Of a DNA stretch of 124,000 nucleotides, positions 106,890 to 116,728 are shown in pieces (the first letter of the stretch is position 1; every line of letters begins with the position of its first letter). A program made the position numbers and the translations under genes. Source of the DNA: Hyalangium minutum (GTDB lineage Bacteria; Myxococcota; Myxococcia; Myxococcales; Myxococcaceae); assembly GCF_000737315.1 (NCBI RefSeq), contig NZ_JMCB01000006.1, positions 144,001-268,000 on the forward strand, written 5' to 3'. A model generated the notes under the pieces. That model worked only from the letters and a program-made list of their open reading frames with translations. It was not told the origin of the DNA and did no database searches.

Positions 106890-109727
106890 TCACTTCGTGG
106901 GTGGAGGCGTCTCCCCAGGTGCCGTGGCCGGCGCTGCAGCCGTGGCCCCACCCGGTGCGTCCACCTTGAAGCCCGCTCGCTCCAGCATGGCCCGCATCTC
107001 GGAGCGCGCCACCGACTTGCTCAGCGCCTCGTTCGGCTCGATGACCTTCTTCTTCACCAAGTCGAGCAGCGAGTCGTTCAGCGTCACCATCCCCTGCCCG
107101 CGCGACGTCTGCATCACCGAGGGAATCTGGAACGTCTTCCCCTCGCGGATCAGGTTCGACACCGAGCCCGTGCACAGCAGCACTTCCTGCGCCGCCACCC
107201 GCCCGCCGCCGATGCGCTTGCACAACGTCTGGGCAACGACGGCCTTGAGCGACTCGGAGAGCATCATCCGGATCTGCGGCTGACGATCCGCCGGGAACTG
107301 GTCGATGATGCGGTCCACCGTGGACGCCGCCGTGTTCGTGTGCAGCGTCCCGAACACCAGGTGCCCCGTCTCCGCCGTCTCGATGGCCGTGGCGATCGTC
107401 TCCAGGTCCCGCATCTCGCCCACCAGCACCACGTCCGGATCCTCGCGCAGCGCCGCCCTCAGCGCGTTCTTGAACGAGGCCGTGTGCACCCCCACCTCGC
107501 GCTGGTGCACCAGGCAGCTCTTGTTCTTGTGGACGAACTCGATCGGGTCCTCCACCGTGATGATGTGGTCCTCACGGTGGCGGTTCACGTAGTCGATCAG
107601 CGCCGCCAGCGTCGTGGACTTGCCGCTCCCCGTCGGCCCCGTCACCAGCACCAGCCCCTTCGTCAGGAAGCACAGGTCCAGCACGTGCCGCGGCAGGCCG
107701 ATCTCCTCCGCCGTGCGGATCTTGTTGGGGATCTGCCGCAGCACCGCGGCAATGCCCCTCCGATCCTCGAAGATGTTCACGCGGAAGCGCGCCGCCGACG
107801 TCTCGTAGGCAAAGTCCGTGTCGCGCAGTTCCTCCCACTGCCTCCGGTTCTTGTCCGGAGCGATGCTGAAGAGCATCGCCTGGAGCTTCTCGTGGGTGAT
107901 GACGCCGTAGTCCTCGATGGCCACCATGTCGCCGTCGATGCGCATGTGCGGCAGCGTCTCGCTCGTCAGGTGCAGGTCCGAGGCCTCACGCTCCAGCATC
108001 TCCTTCATCAGCGCGAGCATCTGCGCCTCAGCCGCGCGCCGGTGGTCCTGGGCCTCCTCGACGGAGACGGCGGGCGCGGCGGGCGTCAGCACGGGAGCCG
108101 CTGCGGCAGCCACGGGCACCGGGGCCTGAGTCACAGGAGCCGCAGGGGCAACCTGGACAGGCGGAGTGACCGGAGTGGGCGGCACCGGAGCGACCGGTGT
108201 AGCGGGAGCCACGGGAGCCGCAGCCGGTGCGGCGGCCACAGGCACCGGAGGAAGCGTCGAAGGCGCTGCGGGAGCGGCCGGCGCCGTTGAAGCAGCAGGC
108301 GCGGAGATAGGAGCGGCTGGAAGGGGAATCGGCGGGAGGGTGGTCGGCCCCGCCGGTGCGGCGGGCGCAGCCACAGTGGCGGTGGGTGCAGGCACCGGCG
108401 CGGTGGTGACCGGTGGCGCCGGAGTGATCGGAGCGGCCGGAAGGGGAATCGGCGGGAGGGTGGTCGGCCCCGCCGAAGCAGCAGGAGCGGCCGCTGCAGG
108501 AACAGGAACCGGCGGGTGCGTCGCAGGCCCTGCATGCGCTACCGGAGCGGCCACAGCGGTGACAGGAACTGGCGAGCGCGTCTCGGGCACGGCAGCGATT
108601 GGAGCCGCCGCAGCCACAGCGGGAGCAGGAACCGGAACCGGTGGATGCGTCGCAGATCCCGCGGGAGCAACAGCAGCAGGAACCGGAACCGGCGGATGCG
108701 TCGCAGGTCCAGCAGGAGCCACCAGAGCGGCCGTGGCAGGAACCGGAACCGGCGCGTGAGTCGCAGGTCCAGCAGGAGCCACCGGAGCGGCCGTGGCAGG
108801 AACCGGAACCGGCGGATGCGTCGCAGGTCCAGCAGGAGCCACCGGAGCGGCCGTGGCGGGAACAGGGACCGACGGATGCGCTGCAGGTCCTGCGGGAGCC
108901 ACCGGAGCGGCGGCGGGAACAGGAATCGGCGCGTGAGTCGCAGGTCCCGCTGCACCAGGAGCCGCCGCAGCCGGAGCAGGAACCGGCGCGTGAGTCGCAG
109001 GCCCCGCATGCGCGATAGGCGTAGCGGGAAGAGGAATGGGCGGGAGGGTGGACGGTCCCCGCTGAGCGGCCGGAGCCGCTGGCACAGCGGCAGGCGCGGC
109101 AGCCGTCGGCACCGGAGGCATCGTGAGAGGCCGCGCGGGAGCGACACGCGCGGGAGCAGCCGCCACCACCGGAGCCGCAGGAGTCTCCGCGAAGGCATTC
109201 GAAGGAATCGGCGCGGGCGTCACCGCCACCGGAGCGGAAGATGCGGCCGCGGCGTTCGGCACCTGCGCGTAGACGACCGCGGGCGCCGGGGGCTCTAGCT
109301 CGAGCGGGGGCGTTGCCGGCGCCTCCTGCGCGATCGTTCCTGGGTCGACAGCCCGGGCCGCCAGCTCGAGCATCTCGTACGGCGAGGCCAGCTCGAACTT
109401 CTCCTCCTCCGCGGGCGCCGGAAGCTGCGTGAAGGGCACCATCGACACCTTCACATGGCCCTGCACGTGCTCCAGCGTCACCTGCACCTGGCCCGCCGGC
109501 GCGGCATACGGGAACGCGAGCGTGCCCTCCGGCGGGAAGCCGGAACGCCGCTCCGCGGGCAGCAGTTCCCCAATCGCGCTGAGTATCTGCGGAGTGGTGA
109601 GGTTCTGCTTCAGCACCGGTAGGAGCCCGTTGGGGGTGCGCATGTTCACACCGCCCCCGGTCTCGATCTGCAGTTCCTGACCGGAGTCCTTGAAGAGCTT
109701 TTCGATGATGGGGTCGAGCCTGGCCAT
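106890..109727 (-). CDS. PilT/PilU-family ATPase with extra N-domain and ~450-aa Pro/Ala repeat linker
   Basis: ASDLHL, FRVN, GPTGSGKSTT, TVEDPIE, LREDPDVVLVGEMRD, HLVFGTLHT, NLIRE. Confidence 0.9.
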   Translation of the reverse strand: MARLDPIIEKLFKDSGQELQIETGGGVNMRTPNGLLPVLKQNLTTPQILSAIGELLPAERRSGFPPEGTLAFPYAAPAGQVQVTLEHVQGHVKVSMVPFTQLPAPAEEEKFELASPYEMLELAARAVDPGTIAQEAPATPPLELEPPAPAVVYAQVPNAAAASSAPVAVTPAPIPSNAFAETPAAPVVAAAPARVAPARPLTMPPVPTAAAPAAVPAAPAAQRGPSTLPPIPLPATPIAHAGPATHAPVPAPAAAAPGAAGPATHAPIPVPAAAPVAPAGPAAHPSVPVPATAAPVAPAGPATHPPVPVPATAAPVAPAGPATHAPVPVPATAALVAPAGPATHPPVPVPAAVAPAGSATHPPVPVPAPAVAAAAPIAAVPETRSPVPVTAVAAPVAHAGPATHPPVPVPAAAAPAASAGPTTLPPIPLPAAPITPAPPVTTAPVPAPTATVAAPAAPAGPTTLPPIPLPAAPISAPAASTAPAAPAAPSTLPPVPVAAAPAAAPVAPATPVAPVPPTPVTPPVQVAPAAPVTQAPVPVAAAAAPVLTPAAPAVSVEEAQDHRRAAEAQMLALMKEMLEREASDLHLTSETLPHMRIDGDMVAIEDYGVITHEKLQAMLFSIAPDKNRRQWEELRDTDFAYETSAARFRVNIFEDRRGIAAVLRQIPNKIRTAEEIGLPRHVLDLCFLTKGLVLVTGPTGSGKSTTLAALIDYVNRHREDHIITVEDPIEFVHKNKSCLVHQREVGVHTASFKNALRAALREDPDVVLVGEMRDLETIATAIETAETGHLVFGTLHTNTAASTVDRIIDQFPADRQPQIRMMLSESLKAVVAQTLCKRIGGGRVAAQEVLLCTGSVSNLIREGKTFQIPSVMQTSRGQGMVTLNDSLLDLVKKKVIEPNEALSKSVARSEMRAMLERAGFKVDAPGGATAAAPATAPGETPPPTK
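108676..108915 (-). repeat. 60-bp coding tandem repeat x about 4 (APAGPATHxPVPVPATAAPV) within a larger degenerate repeat tract (~108130-109380)
   Basis: gcaggaaccggaaccggcg..gcaggtccagcaggagccaccggagcggccgtg units at 108676, 108736, 108796 and 108856. Confidence 0.85.
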
Positions 109728-109881
109728 GGCTTCGCTCGATGTAGCACGAGAGCGACAACCCCTCCCAGTCCACGCCGAGGTAGCGTCCTCCCTCCCACAC
109801 CACGAGGACACGCCAAAATTACAGACCGGTTAATCCCGGAATGCCTGCCTGCTCCCAGTCTGAAGTCCGAGCGCTCCCTGC

Positions 109882-110979
109882 TCAGCGCGACGCAGTGCGC
109901 GAGGCCAGCTCGCGCTCCACGAAGAGCCGGAGGATGTGCAGAAAGTCCTGCGCGTTGGTGACGACGCCGAAGGCCTGGTGCGTCCCGCGGTCCTTCAGCT
110001 TGCTCACCACGAATTCGGACGAGTCCACGCAAATGGTCGCCAGTTCTCTCAGCGAGCCGTCGGTCTCGGTGCAGAACGAGGGCAGCATGTTCCCCGTGGC
110101 AATCGCGTGCAGCGCCGTGGCGATCATCACCGCCATCGTCGCCTTCACCGTGTGGCGCCGCATCGCGTCCTGCGCCGCCAGGTTGTCCGTCACCACGTCC
110201 GGCAGCGGCCCGTCATCGCGAATCGAGCCCGTCAGCACGAACGGCACCCCGTGCACCACGCACGCGTGCATGATGCCGTCCTGGATGAGCCCTCGCTCCA
110301 CCGCCTTCGCGATGGAGCCCGCCCCGCGCACCTGGTTGATGGCGCGCATGTGCAGGCCGTGGCCGCCCGAGGTCGCCTCGCCCGCCCCGCTCATGCCCAG
110401 CGTGGTGCCGAAGATGGACGCTTCGATGTCATGCACCGCCACCGCATTGCCCGCCAGCAGCGCCTTCACGAACCCGTTGGCGACGAACCACGTCATGTCC
110501 GCCCGCGCCCGCGAGTGCACCAGCGCCGGCCCCGTCACCCACACCGGATAGCCCCCGCGCTCGCGCTCCTCCACCAGCAGCCGGGCCATGCGCGCGTAGT
110601 CGATGGGCTTCTCGCGCGACACCTCGCTCGTCATGAACTTGAACTCGCCCTCCGCGCCCCCCGCCAGCCACGAGGCGTGCACGTAGACGCCCTGGCTCCC
110701 GTCCTCCGCCTGCCCCATCGCCACCCGCTCGCCCTGGCGCACCCGCCGCCCCTCCCGCGTCCACAGCTCCCCGTTCGCGTCCAGCACCAGCGCGCAGTCC
110801 ATCCGAGGCTCGCGCGGCATGCGCCAGCGCCCTCCCACTCGCACGTAGGTGGGCAGGTTCGTCGTGGAGAAGAAGCCCTCGGGCAGGACACCATCGGCCG
110901 GCGCGGGCTCGAAGCGCGCGTCCGGGGCTCGCGCGAAGCGCTCGGCGCTGAAGTCAGGGTGCGGAATCGTCGTGCTCAC
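109882..110979 (-). CDS. TIGR00300/LOR-SDH-conserved-domain protein (ornithine cyclodeaminase-like)
   Basis: FFSTTNLPT, FMTSEVSREK, GPALVH, LLAGNAVAVHDIE, GSIRDDGPLP, ATALHAIATGN, KLKDRG. Confidence 0.8.
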   Translation of the reverse strand: MSTTIPHPDFSAERFARAPDARFEPAPADGVLPEGFFSTTNLPTYVRVGGRWRMPREPRMDCALVLDANGELWTREGRRVRQGERVAMGQAEDGSQGVYVHASWLAGGAEGEFKFMTSEVSREKPIDYARMARLLVEERERGGYPVWVTGPALVHSRARADMTWFVANGFVKALLAGNAVAVHDIEASIFGTTLGMSGAGEATSGGHGLHMRAINQVRGAGSIAKAVERGLIQDGIMHACVVHGVPFVLTGSIRDDGPLPDVVTDNLAAQDAMRRHTVKATMAVMIATALHAIATGNMLPSFCTETDGSLRELATICVDSSEFVVSKLKDRGTHQAFGVVTNAQDFLHILRLFVERELASRTASR

Positions 110980-111151
110980 CCCGCCACCATGGACGGACGC
111001 CCCACCCGGTTCAAGCACACTGGCCAACCCCCGGGACTTCCAGGAGAAACTCCGCCTGGAAACTCCCGGGAAAATGGCCCCGCAACTTCCGCCCGCCGCT
111101 TGGGTTCATGAGGCCAGAGACGCTGCCGGCACCGCCGGCAAGAACCCAAGG

Positions 111152-111475
111152 ATGACAACCATGATGAAGACCTTCTCTCTGGCAGTGGCGGTGGTGGTGG
111201 GCGTGATGATGGCGGCTCCGGCCGAGGCGGCTCGCGCGGACCGGCGGCAGGTGAAGCAGCAGGCGCGCATCGTCCAGGGCGTGAACAGTGGCGAGCTGAC
111301 GAAGCGAGAGGCCGCGCGGCTCGAGGTGCAGCACCTGGCCGTGAAGCGCGAGGTCCACCAGGCCCGCGCCGATGACGGCCACATCGACGCCGCCGAGCGC
111401 GCGAAGATCGAGCGCCACCAGGACCGGCTCAACCGCCGCATCTACGTCCAGAAGCACGACGGCCAGTCGCGCTGA
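111152..111475 (+). CDS. Small secreted helical protein
   Basis: Signal peptide; QQARIVQGVNSGELTKREAARLE..RRIYVQKHD. Confidence 0.75.
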   Translation: MTTMMKTFSLAVAVVVGVMMAAPAEAARADRRQVKQQARIVQGVNSGELTKREAARLEVQHLAVKREVHQARADDGHIDAAERAKIERHQDRLNRRIYVQKHDGQSR

Positions 111476-111556
111476 GCCTGCCTCGCCGACTCTCCGACAC
111501 TCCCTGGCGGGGGAGCGAGCAACGGCCGGGACCGGACGCTACAATGGGTCCTGATC

Positions 111557-112348
111557 GTGGAACGCACCCGCCAGGCCCCTCCGGCCTCCTCCGACGAGAG
111601 CGAGGCTGTCTCCCTCCCCTCTGTCGAGGGAGAGGAGGCCGCCGTCTCCCGTGCCGAGCGCCCGAGGGTCTCCGTCCCGGAGGACCTGCCACCACTGGCC
111701 ACGCTGGTGGAGGAGGTTCGCGCTCCAGGCGCTGGCCGCGCCGAGGTCGACGCGCTGCTCGCGGGCCTCTCCCAGCCGCTGCCCCCCGAGCACTCCCCGC
111801 GTGAGCGCGCCGACCTGCTCCTGTCAGTCATCGGAGACGAGGTGATCGCCACCTATACGGGCTCGGACGGCGGCACGGTGCGCGGGGCCGCGATCCAGGC
111901 ATTGATCGCGCTCGGCTATCCCTATGCCCTGGAAGTCCCTCCCGAAGCGCTGGAGGCCTTCTCCCGCGAGAAGGGAGCCCTGGACAGCCTCTCCGCCGGC
112001 ACGAGCGGGTCCGGGTTCGGGCTCGTCATCCTGGCCGCCGTGGCGCAGGCCGCCTATGTGGGCTACGCGCTCCTGGCGGAAGGGCTCCCCACATTCACGG
112101 CGGGGGCCGCCCTCGCCATCATCTTCGCCACCACGCTGCTCCCCGCCCTCCTGGCCATGGGGGGGCAGCGAACGGGCTCCAGCGGCCTCAAGAAGGTGGG
112201 CACCGTCTGGCTGAAGATCGTCTCCTGCCTCTGGGCCGCCGTCGGCCTCCTGTCCCTGGGCAGCCTGGCGTTCGCCCTGATTCCCCTCATCCTGGCGGCC
112301 CTCATCTACTGCGGTGCCCGGTTCATGGACTCGCCGGACGAGCGCTGA
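111557..112348 (+). CDS. Hypothetical membrane protein
   Basis: Soluble N-half plus four C-terminal TM segments. Confidence 0.7.
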   Translation: MERTRQAPPASSDESEAVSLPSVEGEEAAVSRAERPRVSVPEDLPPLATLVEEVRAPGAGRAEVDALLAGLSQPLPPEHSPRERADLLLSVIGDEVIATYTGSDGGTVRGAAIQALIALGYPYALEVPPEALEAFSREKGALDSLSAGTSGSGFGLVILAAVAQAAYVGYALLAEGLPTFTAGAALAIIFATTLLPALLAMGGQRTGSSGLKKVGTVWLKIVSCLWAAVGLLSLGSLAFALIPLILAALIYCGARFMDSPDER

Positions 112349-112508
112349 CGCTCCCGGGACTCCATCCCACCCCCGTCTTTCCGGGCACTTCCACACCCGC
112401 ACCTCAATTCTCGGGAAATGTGGGGAAAAATAATCTGGATACGCAACTTGTGGGACTCAGGTTTCGAGAATCCTGGCAAATCTTCCAGCCGCTCTCGGAG
112501 CCCGCCCC

Positions 112509-113207
112509 ATGAACTACCGCATTCAGTCTGGCGACACCCTCTCTCGGATTGCTCGCAACTACGGCACCTCCGTCAGCGCGCTGATGAAGGCCAATCCGCA
112601 GATCCAGGACGCCAACAAGATTTACTCCGGGCGCTCGCTGAACATCCCCGGGTCGCGTGACGAGTTCATCCCCAGCAGCGGCCGTCCGGGCTCCGCGGGC
112701 CGTCCTTCCGCTCCCTCGCAGGCGGGTGGCGCCACGGGCCCCTCGGCTCCGTCGGAGGGCACGCGCGGCCCCGGTGGCAGCCCGTTCGACATCGCCCAGG
112801 CGAACCTGGGCAAGAACGCCGGCTCGCTGAAGATGGAGAAGAGCGGCGTGGGCGCGGACATGGAGGACTGGGTCCCGAACGACGTGAACTGCGCCAACTT
112901 CGTCTCCGCGTGCCTGGAGCAGGCCGGCCAGATCAAGGACAGCCAGCACAACAACTCGGTGTACGGCCTGCAGGGCAACCTGGACAAGGACCCGAACTTC
113001 AAGCGCGTCTCGCTGGCCGAGGCCAAGCCGGGCGACGTGGTGAGCATGAAGACGCCGGGCGGGCAGCATGTGGTGATGTTCGCGGGCATGAAGGATGGCA
113101 AGCCCCAGTTCATCGGTTCGAACAACGTGAACCCGGACGGCTCCCAGAAGATCACCATCTCGTCGATGAACTACCCCATCATGTCGATCCACCAGTATCG
113201 TGGCTGA
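112509..113207 (+). CDS. LysM + NlpC/P60/CHAP-like peptidoglycan hydrolase, no signal peptide
   Basis: YRIQSGDTLSRIA LysM; NCANFVSACL Cys; PGDVV; QHVVMF His. Confidence 0.8.
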   Translation: MNYRIQSGDTLSRIARNYGTSVSALMKANPQIQDANKIYSGRSLNIPGSRDEFIPSSGRPGSAGRPSAPSQAGGATGPSAPSEGTRGPGGSPFDIAQANLGKNAGSLKMEKSGVGADMEDWVPNDVNCANFVSACLEQAGQIKDSQHNNSVYGLQGNLDKDPNFKRVSLAEAKPGDVVSMKTPGGQHVVMFAGMKDGKPQFIGSNNVNPDGSQKITISSMNYPIMSIHQYRG

Positions 113208-113313
113208 GACAGTCTGAAATATCCGGTTGGAGCCTTCATCCCCCACTTCAGCCGTCCATCACGGGGCACCCGTCTCATCCCAGCGGGCGCCCCGTGTCAT
113301 TTGCGGGGTAGGG

Positions 113314-113718
113314 CTACTGGGGCGGGGCCCAGGACAGCCCGTAGAAGCCCAGCGTCGTGTCGAGCACCGAGCGCAGTTCGCCGATACTCCACGGGCGGGC
113401 CAGGGTGAAGTGGCTCACGGAGCCTCGCCGCAGGGAGGAGGCCTGCGCCCGCTCCAGCACACTCGAGAGCAGGATGCGGGGGCCCTCGTAGGCGTGGTCC
113501 ACCAGCCGGGCCAGGAACCACGGGGCGCCGAGCGCATCGCTCAAGTCCAGATCCACGATGATGGCCGCGATCGCAGGGCGCGCCGAGAGCTGACGCACGG
113601 CGGAGGCGAAAGTGGTGGCGTTGAGCAGCTCGAAATCCCGAGCCAGCTCGCGGGCCACGGCGTTACGCACTGCGGCGGCCTCCGCGACGATGAGGACCAC
113701 GGGCAGCAGGTCCGACAC
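113314..113718 (-). CDS. Degenerate receiver-domain protein
   Basis: VLIVAE..IIVDLDL..RILLSS..LARPW receiver-like fold; start uncertain. Confidence 0.55.
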   Translation of the reverse strand: MSDLLPVVLIVAEAAAVRNAVARELARDFELLNATTFASAVRQLSARPAIAAIIVDLDLSDALGAPWFLARLVDHAYEGPRILLSSVLERAQASSLRRGSVSHFTLARPWSIGELRSVLDTTLGFYGLSWAPPQ

Positions 113719-113981
113719 GGGCCGTTCGAGAGGCGTGGCGTGCGGCGAGGGTGTGCCCTGGAGCCACGGCGCGGGCAGAGCCACACTGTCCTGCACGAGC
113801 GGCCGGCGGCGGAGCGTGGGGCGCTCCGTGCTCAGGGCGTGACGGACGGCGGCTTGGAGACCAGCACTGGAGAGGGGCAGTCTGGACACGCGAGCAGGGT
113901 ACGCCTCGGCTCTTGCGTGAATCAATCGCGCGAAGCGCTTGCGTACATGCCCCGCGGGACGAGGCCTTCGTGCGGTAACGC

Positions 113982-115202
113982 CTACTCGGCCACGAGTGTC
114001 AGCTCGGTGATCTCTGGCGCAGGGCCCAGGCGCAGCGGAGGCCCCCAGTAGCCGGTGCCCCGGCTCGTGTACACGCGAACGCCAGCGATGTGCGCGAGTC
114101 CCCGGATCACGGGCTGCTGGAGCTTCACGAAGAACATGAAGGGGAACAGCTGCCCGCCGTGGGTGTGTCCGGAGAGCTGCAGATCCACTCCCAGGTTCTT
114201 GGCCAGGAAGGCCGTGCGCGGCTGGTGGGCCAGGAGCACGCGCGGCACGCCCTCGGGAGCGCCCGCCAGCGCCAAGTCCGGACGGCACGCGTGGGCCGGA
114301 TCCATCCGCCCTCCCTCATGGTCCGTCACGCCTGCGACGACGAGCCGGGCCTCCGAGCGCTCCACCACACGGTGCTCGTTGTGCAGCACGGTGAGGCCCA
114401 GCCCGGAGACCTCGGCGGCCCAGGCGGCGCCTCCGTGGTAGTACTCGTGGTTGCCGGTGACGTAGTAGACGCCGAGCGGAGCGCGCAGCTCCGAGAGGGG
114501 CTTCACCTCCTCGCGCAGCGTGCGGACGCTGCCGTCCACCAGGTCTCCCGTCACCGCGATGATGTCCGGCTGCAAGGCGTTCACCTGCTCCACGACGCGC
114601 CGCAGGAAGTGCCGGTCGAGGGTGGGGCCGATGTGGATGTCGGAGATCTGCACCACGCGGACGCCGTGCAGCCCACTGCCGAGCTTCTTCACGGGGATCT
114701 TCAGCCGCTCGATGCGAGCCCGGCCGCGCGCAGTGAGGAAGGCGAAGGCGAGCGCTGGCAGCACCACGGCAAGGATGGCCACGGCCTTGCCCCGGGCGAG
114801 CGCCAGGGCCTCGGGCGCGGAGCCGAGCAGGTTCCAGAGGCCGACGACGAGGTCCGCCACGAGCACGGAGGGGAGAAGCAGGCCGAAGGTGCCCAGCCAC
114901 AGCATGGAGGTCCAGTACAGCACCTGATTGAGCAGGGTGGGCCGGCGGCGGGACGCGATGAACCCCAGCGGGATGGAGAAGAAGAGCAGCCACAGGGCGG
115001 TCCAGCCAATCGCCGTCCACGGCTGTCCGAGGTTCGGCTCCGACAGCAGCCGGAGCCCGATGTAGCCGTGGAGGGCGCCCACGAGGCTCACGGCGAAGAG
115101 CATCGCTACGAGGCCGCGGATGACGAGCCCGATGGGAATCTGGCTCAGCGGGACTCCGTCCTGCTGCGGCTCGTGCTCCATGCGCTGGGAGGCCTGCGAC
115201 AT
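113982..115202 (-). CDS. Membrane-anchored metallophosphoesterase (YkuE-like)
   Basis: ISDIHIG, TGDLVDG, GNHEYY, LAHQP, SGHTHGGQ; four N-terminal TMs. Confidence 0.92.
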   Translation of the reverse strand: MSQASQRMEHEPQQDGVPLSQIPIGLVIRGLVAMLFAVSLVGALHGYIGLRLLSEPNLGQPWTAIGWTALWLLFFSIPLGFIASRRRPTLLNQVLYWTSMLWLGTFGLLLPSVLVADLVVGLWNLLGSAPEALALARGKAVAILAVVLPALAFAFLTARGRARIERLKIPVKKLGSGLHGVRVVQISDIHIGPTLDRHFLRRVVEQVNALQPDIIAVTGDLVDGSVRTLREEVKPLSELRAPLGVYYVTGNHEYYHGGAAWAAEVSGLGLTVLHNEHRVVERSEARLVVAGVTDHEGGRMDPAHACRPDLALAGAPEGVPRVLLAHQPRTAFLAKNLGVDLQLSGHTHGGQLFPFMFFVKLQQPVIRGLAHIAGVRVYTSRGTGYWGPPLRLGPAPEITELTLVAE

Positions 115203-115385
115203 CGTTCGTTCGCTCCCCCGCGGCACCGGCTCTGCCGCTGGACTCGGAGCCCCCAGCATAACGGGCGAGCACAGGCGCCGCCCGACATCCGGCAGCCTGC
115301 TTTGGGTTCAGGCTTGCTCTCTTACCCTTCGTTTCTCCTCTGGATTCTCGCGGTAGGCTCGGGTGTTTGCTAGGAGCACACTCGT

Positions 115386-116711
115386 ATGAGCCTGGACGTC
115401 CCATTCCTGCGCAGCTTCTTTCGAGCTGTCACCGATCGGCCCATCGAGTTCGATGATGGAGAGCCGTCTACCTACGTGCGGCTCTACGACTCGCCCGCGC
115501 TGGCACCACACGATCCAGTGGAGATGTTGGCTCGGCCCATCGAGTTCGCGCTCGGAAGCAGTGTCCAGCTCTTCTCTGGCTTCCGCGGCTCGGGCAAGAG
115601 CACGGAACTGCGCCGACTCCGCCAGCGGTTGCTCCAGCAGGGTTACAAGGTCGTCCTCTGCGACATTGAGGACTACCTCAACCTCTCGCAGAATGTGGAC
115701 GTGAGCGACTTCCTCATGGCCCTGGCTGGAGCCTTTGGGGAAGGCCTGCGTGCACAAGGCTACCTGAGCGGCGATCCTGCCGAGGAGAACTACTGGGACC
115801 GGCTGGTCGTCTTCCTCAAGGACACGGAGATCCGCATTCCCGAGGTAGGCGCGGGCGGACTGCTCAAGGCCTCGCTCAAGAGCGATCCTTCATTCCGTCA
115901 GAAGCTTCAGGAGCGCATGGCAGGGCACCTGGGCGCGCTCGTTGAGAGCATCCGCACTTTTTTCTCCTCCTGCATCCAGCGCATCAAGAAGAAGTTCGGC
116001 CAAGACACCGAGGTCGTCCTCCTCGTCGACTCGATGGAGCACATCCGAGGAACCTCCACCAACGCCGTGGGCGTGCAGGACTCGGTGATCAACCTTTTCA
116101 CAAGTCACAGCGACAAGCTCCAGTTCGCCGACCTGCATGTCGTCTACACCATCCCGCCCTACCTCAAGGTCCTGTACCAGAACCTCGGGACCCTCTACGC
116201 GCCGGGTGGTGTCTTCGTGCTTCCCACCCTCAAGATCCGCAACAAGGAGGGCTCCGAGGTCTTCCAGCCGGGTCTCGACCTCATGGAAAAGCTCATCTCC
116301 CGCCGGGGCGACTGGCGCAAGCTGCTGGGCGACAACCGCCAGACGCTCGATGAGATCAGCAAGCTCTCGGGTGGGCACCTGCGTGACTTTCTCCGTCTCT
116401 TCGCCGAGATCATCCGCCGTGCGGACAAGCTACCTGTACCGGATGCCACCCTCCAGGCTGCGATTTCCCAAGTCCGCTCCGAGTTCCTCCCTATTGCGGA
116501 CAAGGACGCGATCTGGCTGTCGAAGATTGCCGCCACCCACAGCGTCGCTTTGCCTGACAACAAGGACCTGCACGATCTGGCGCGTTACCTCGATACCCAT
116601 CTGGCGCTCTGCTACCGGAACGGTGACGAGTGGTATGACGTGCATCCTCTGGTGCGCGATGTGGTGCTGAATCAGGCGAAAGCCCTGACACCGGCTCCCG
116701 CCAAGCCGTAG
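115386..116711 (+). CDS. P-loop NTPase (STAND/AAA-like), no effector domain
   Basis: RBS AGGAG; GFRGSGKST Walker A; LLVDSMEH Walker B; SGGHLRDFLRL sensor-like motif; YDVHPLV winged-helix-type end. Confidence 0.85.
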   Translation: MSLDVPFLRSFFRAVTDRPIEFDDGEPSTYVRLYDSPALAPHDPVEMLARPIEFALGSSVQLFSGFRGSGKSTELRRLRQRLLQQGYKVVLCDIEDYLNLSQNVDVSDFLMALAGAFGEGLRAQGYLSGDPAEENYWDRLVVFLKDTEIRIPEVGAGGLLKASLKSDPSFRQKLQERMAGHLGALVESIRTFFSSCIQRIKKKFGQDTEVVLLVDSMEHIRGTSTNAVGVQDSVINLFTSHSDKLQFADLHVVYTIPPYLKVLYQNLGTLYAPGGVFVLPTLKIRNKEGSEVFQPGLDLMEKLISRRGDWRKLLGDNRQTLDEISKLSGGHLRDFLRLFAEIIRRADKLPVPDATLQAAISQVRSEFLPIADKDAIWLSKIAATHSVALPDNKDLHDLARYLDTHLALCYRNGDEWYDVHPLVRDVVLNQAKALTPAPAKP

Positions 116712-116728
116712 CGAGGAGCGGAGGCAAG

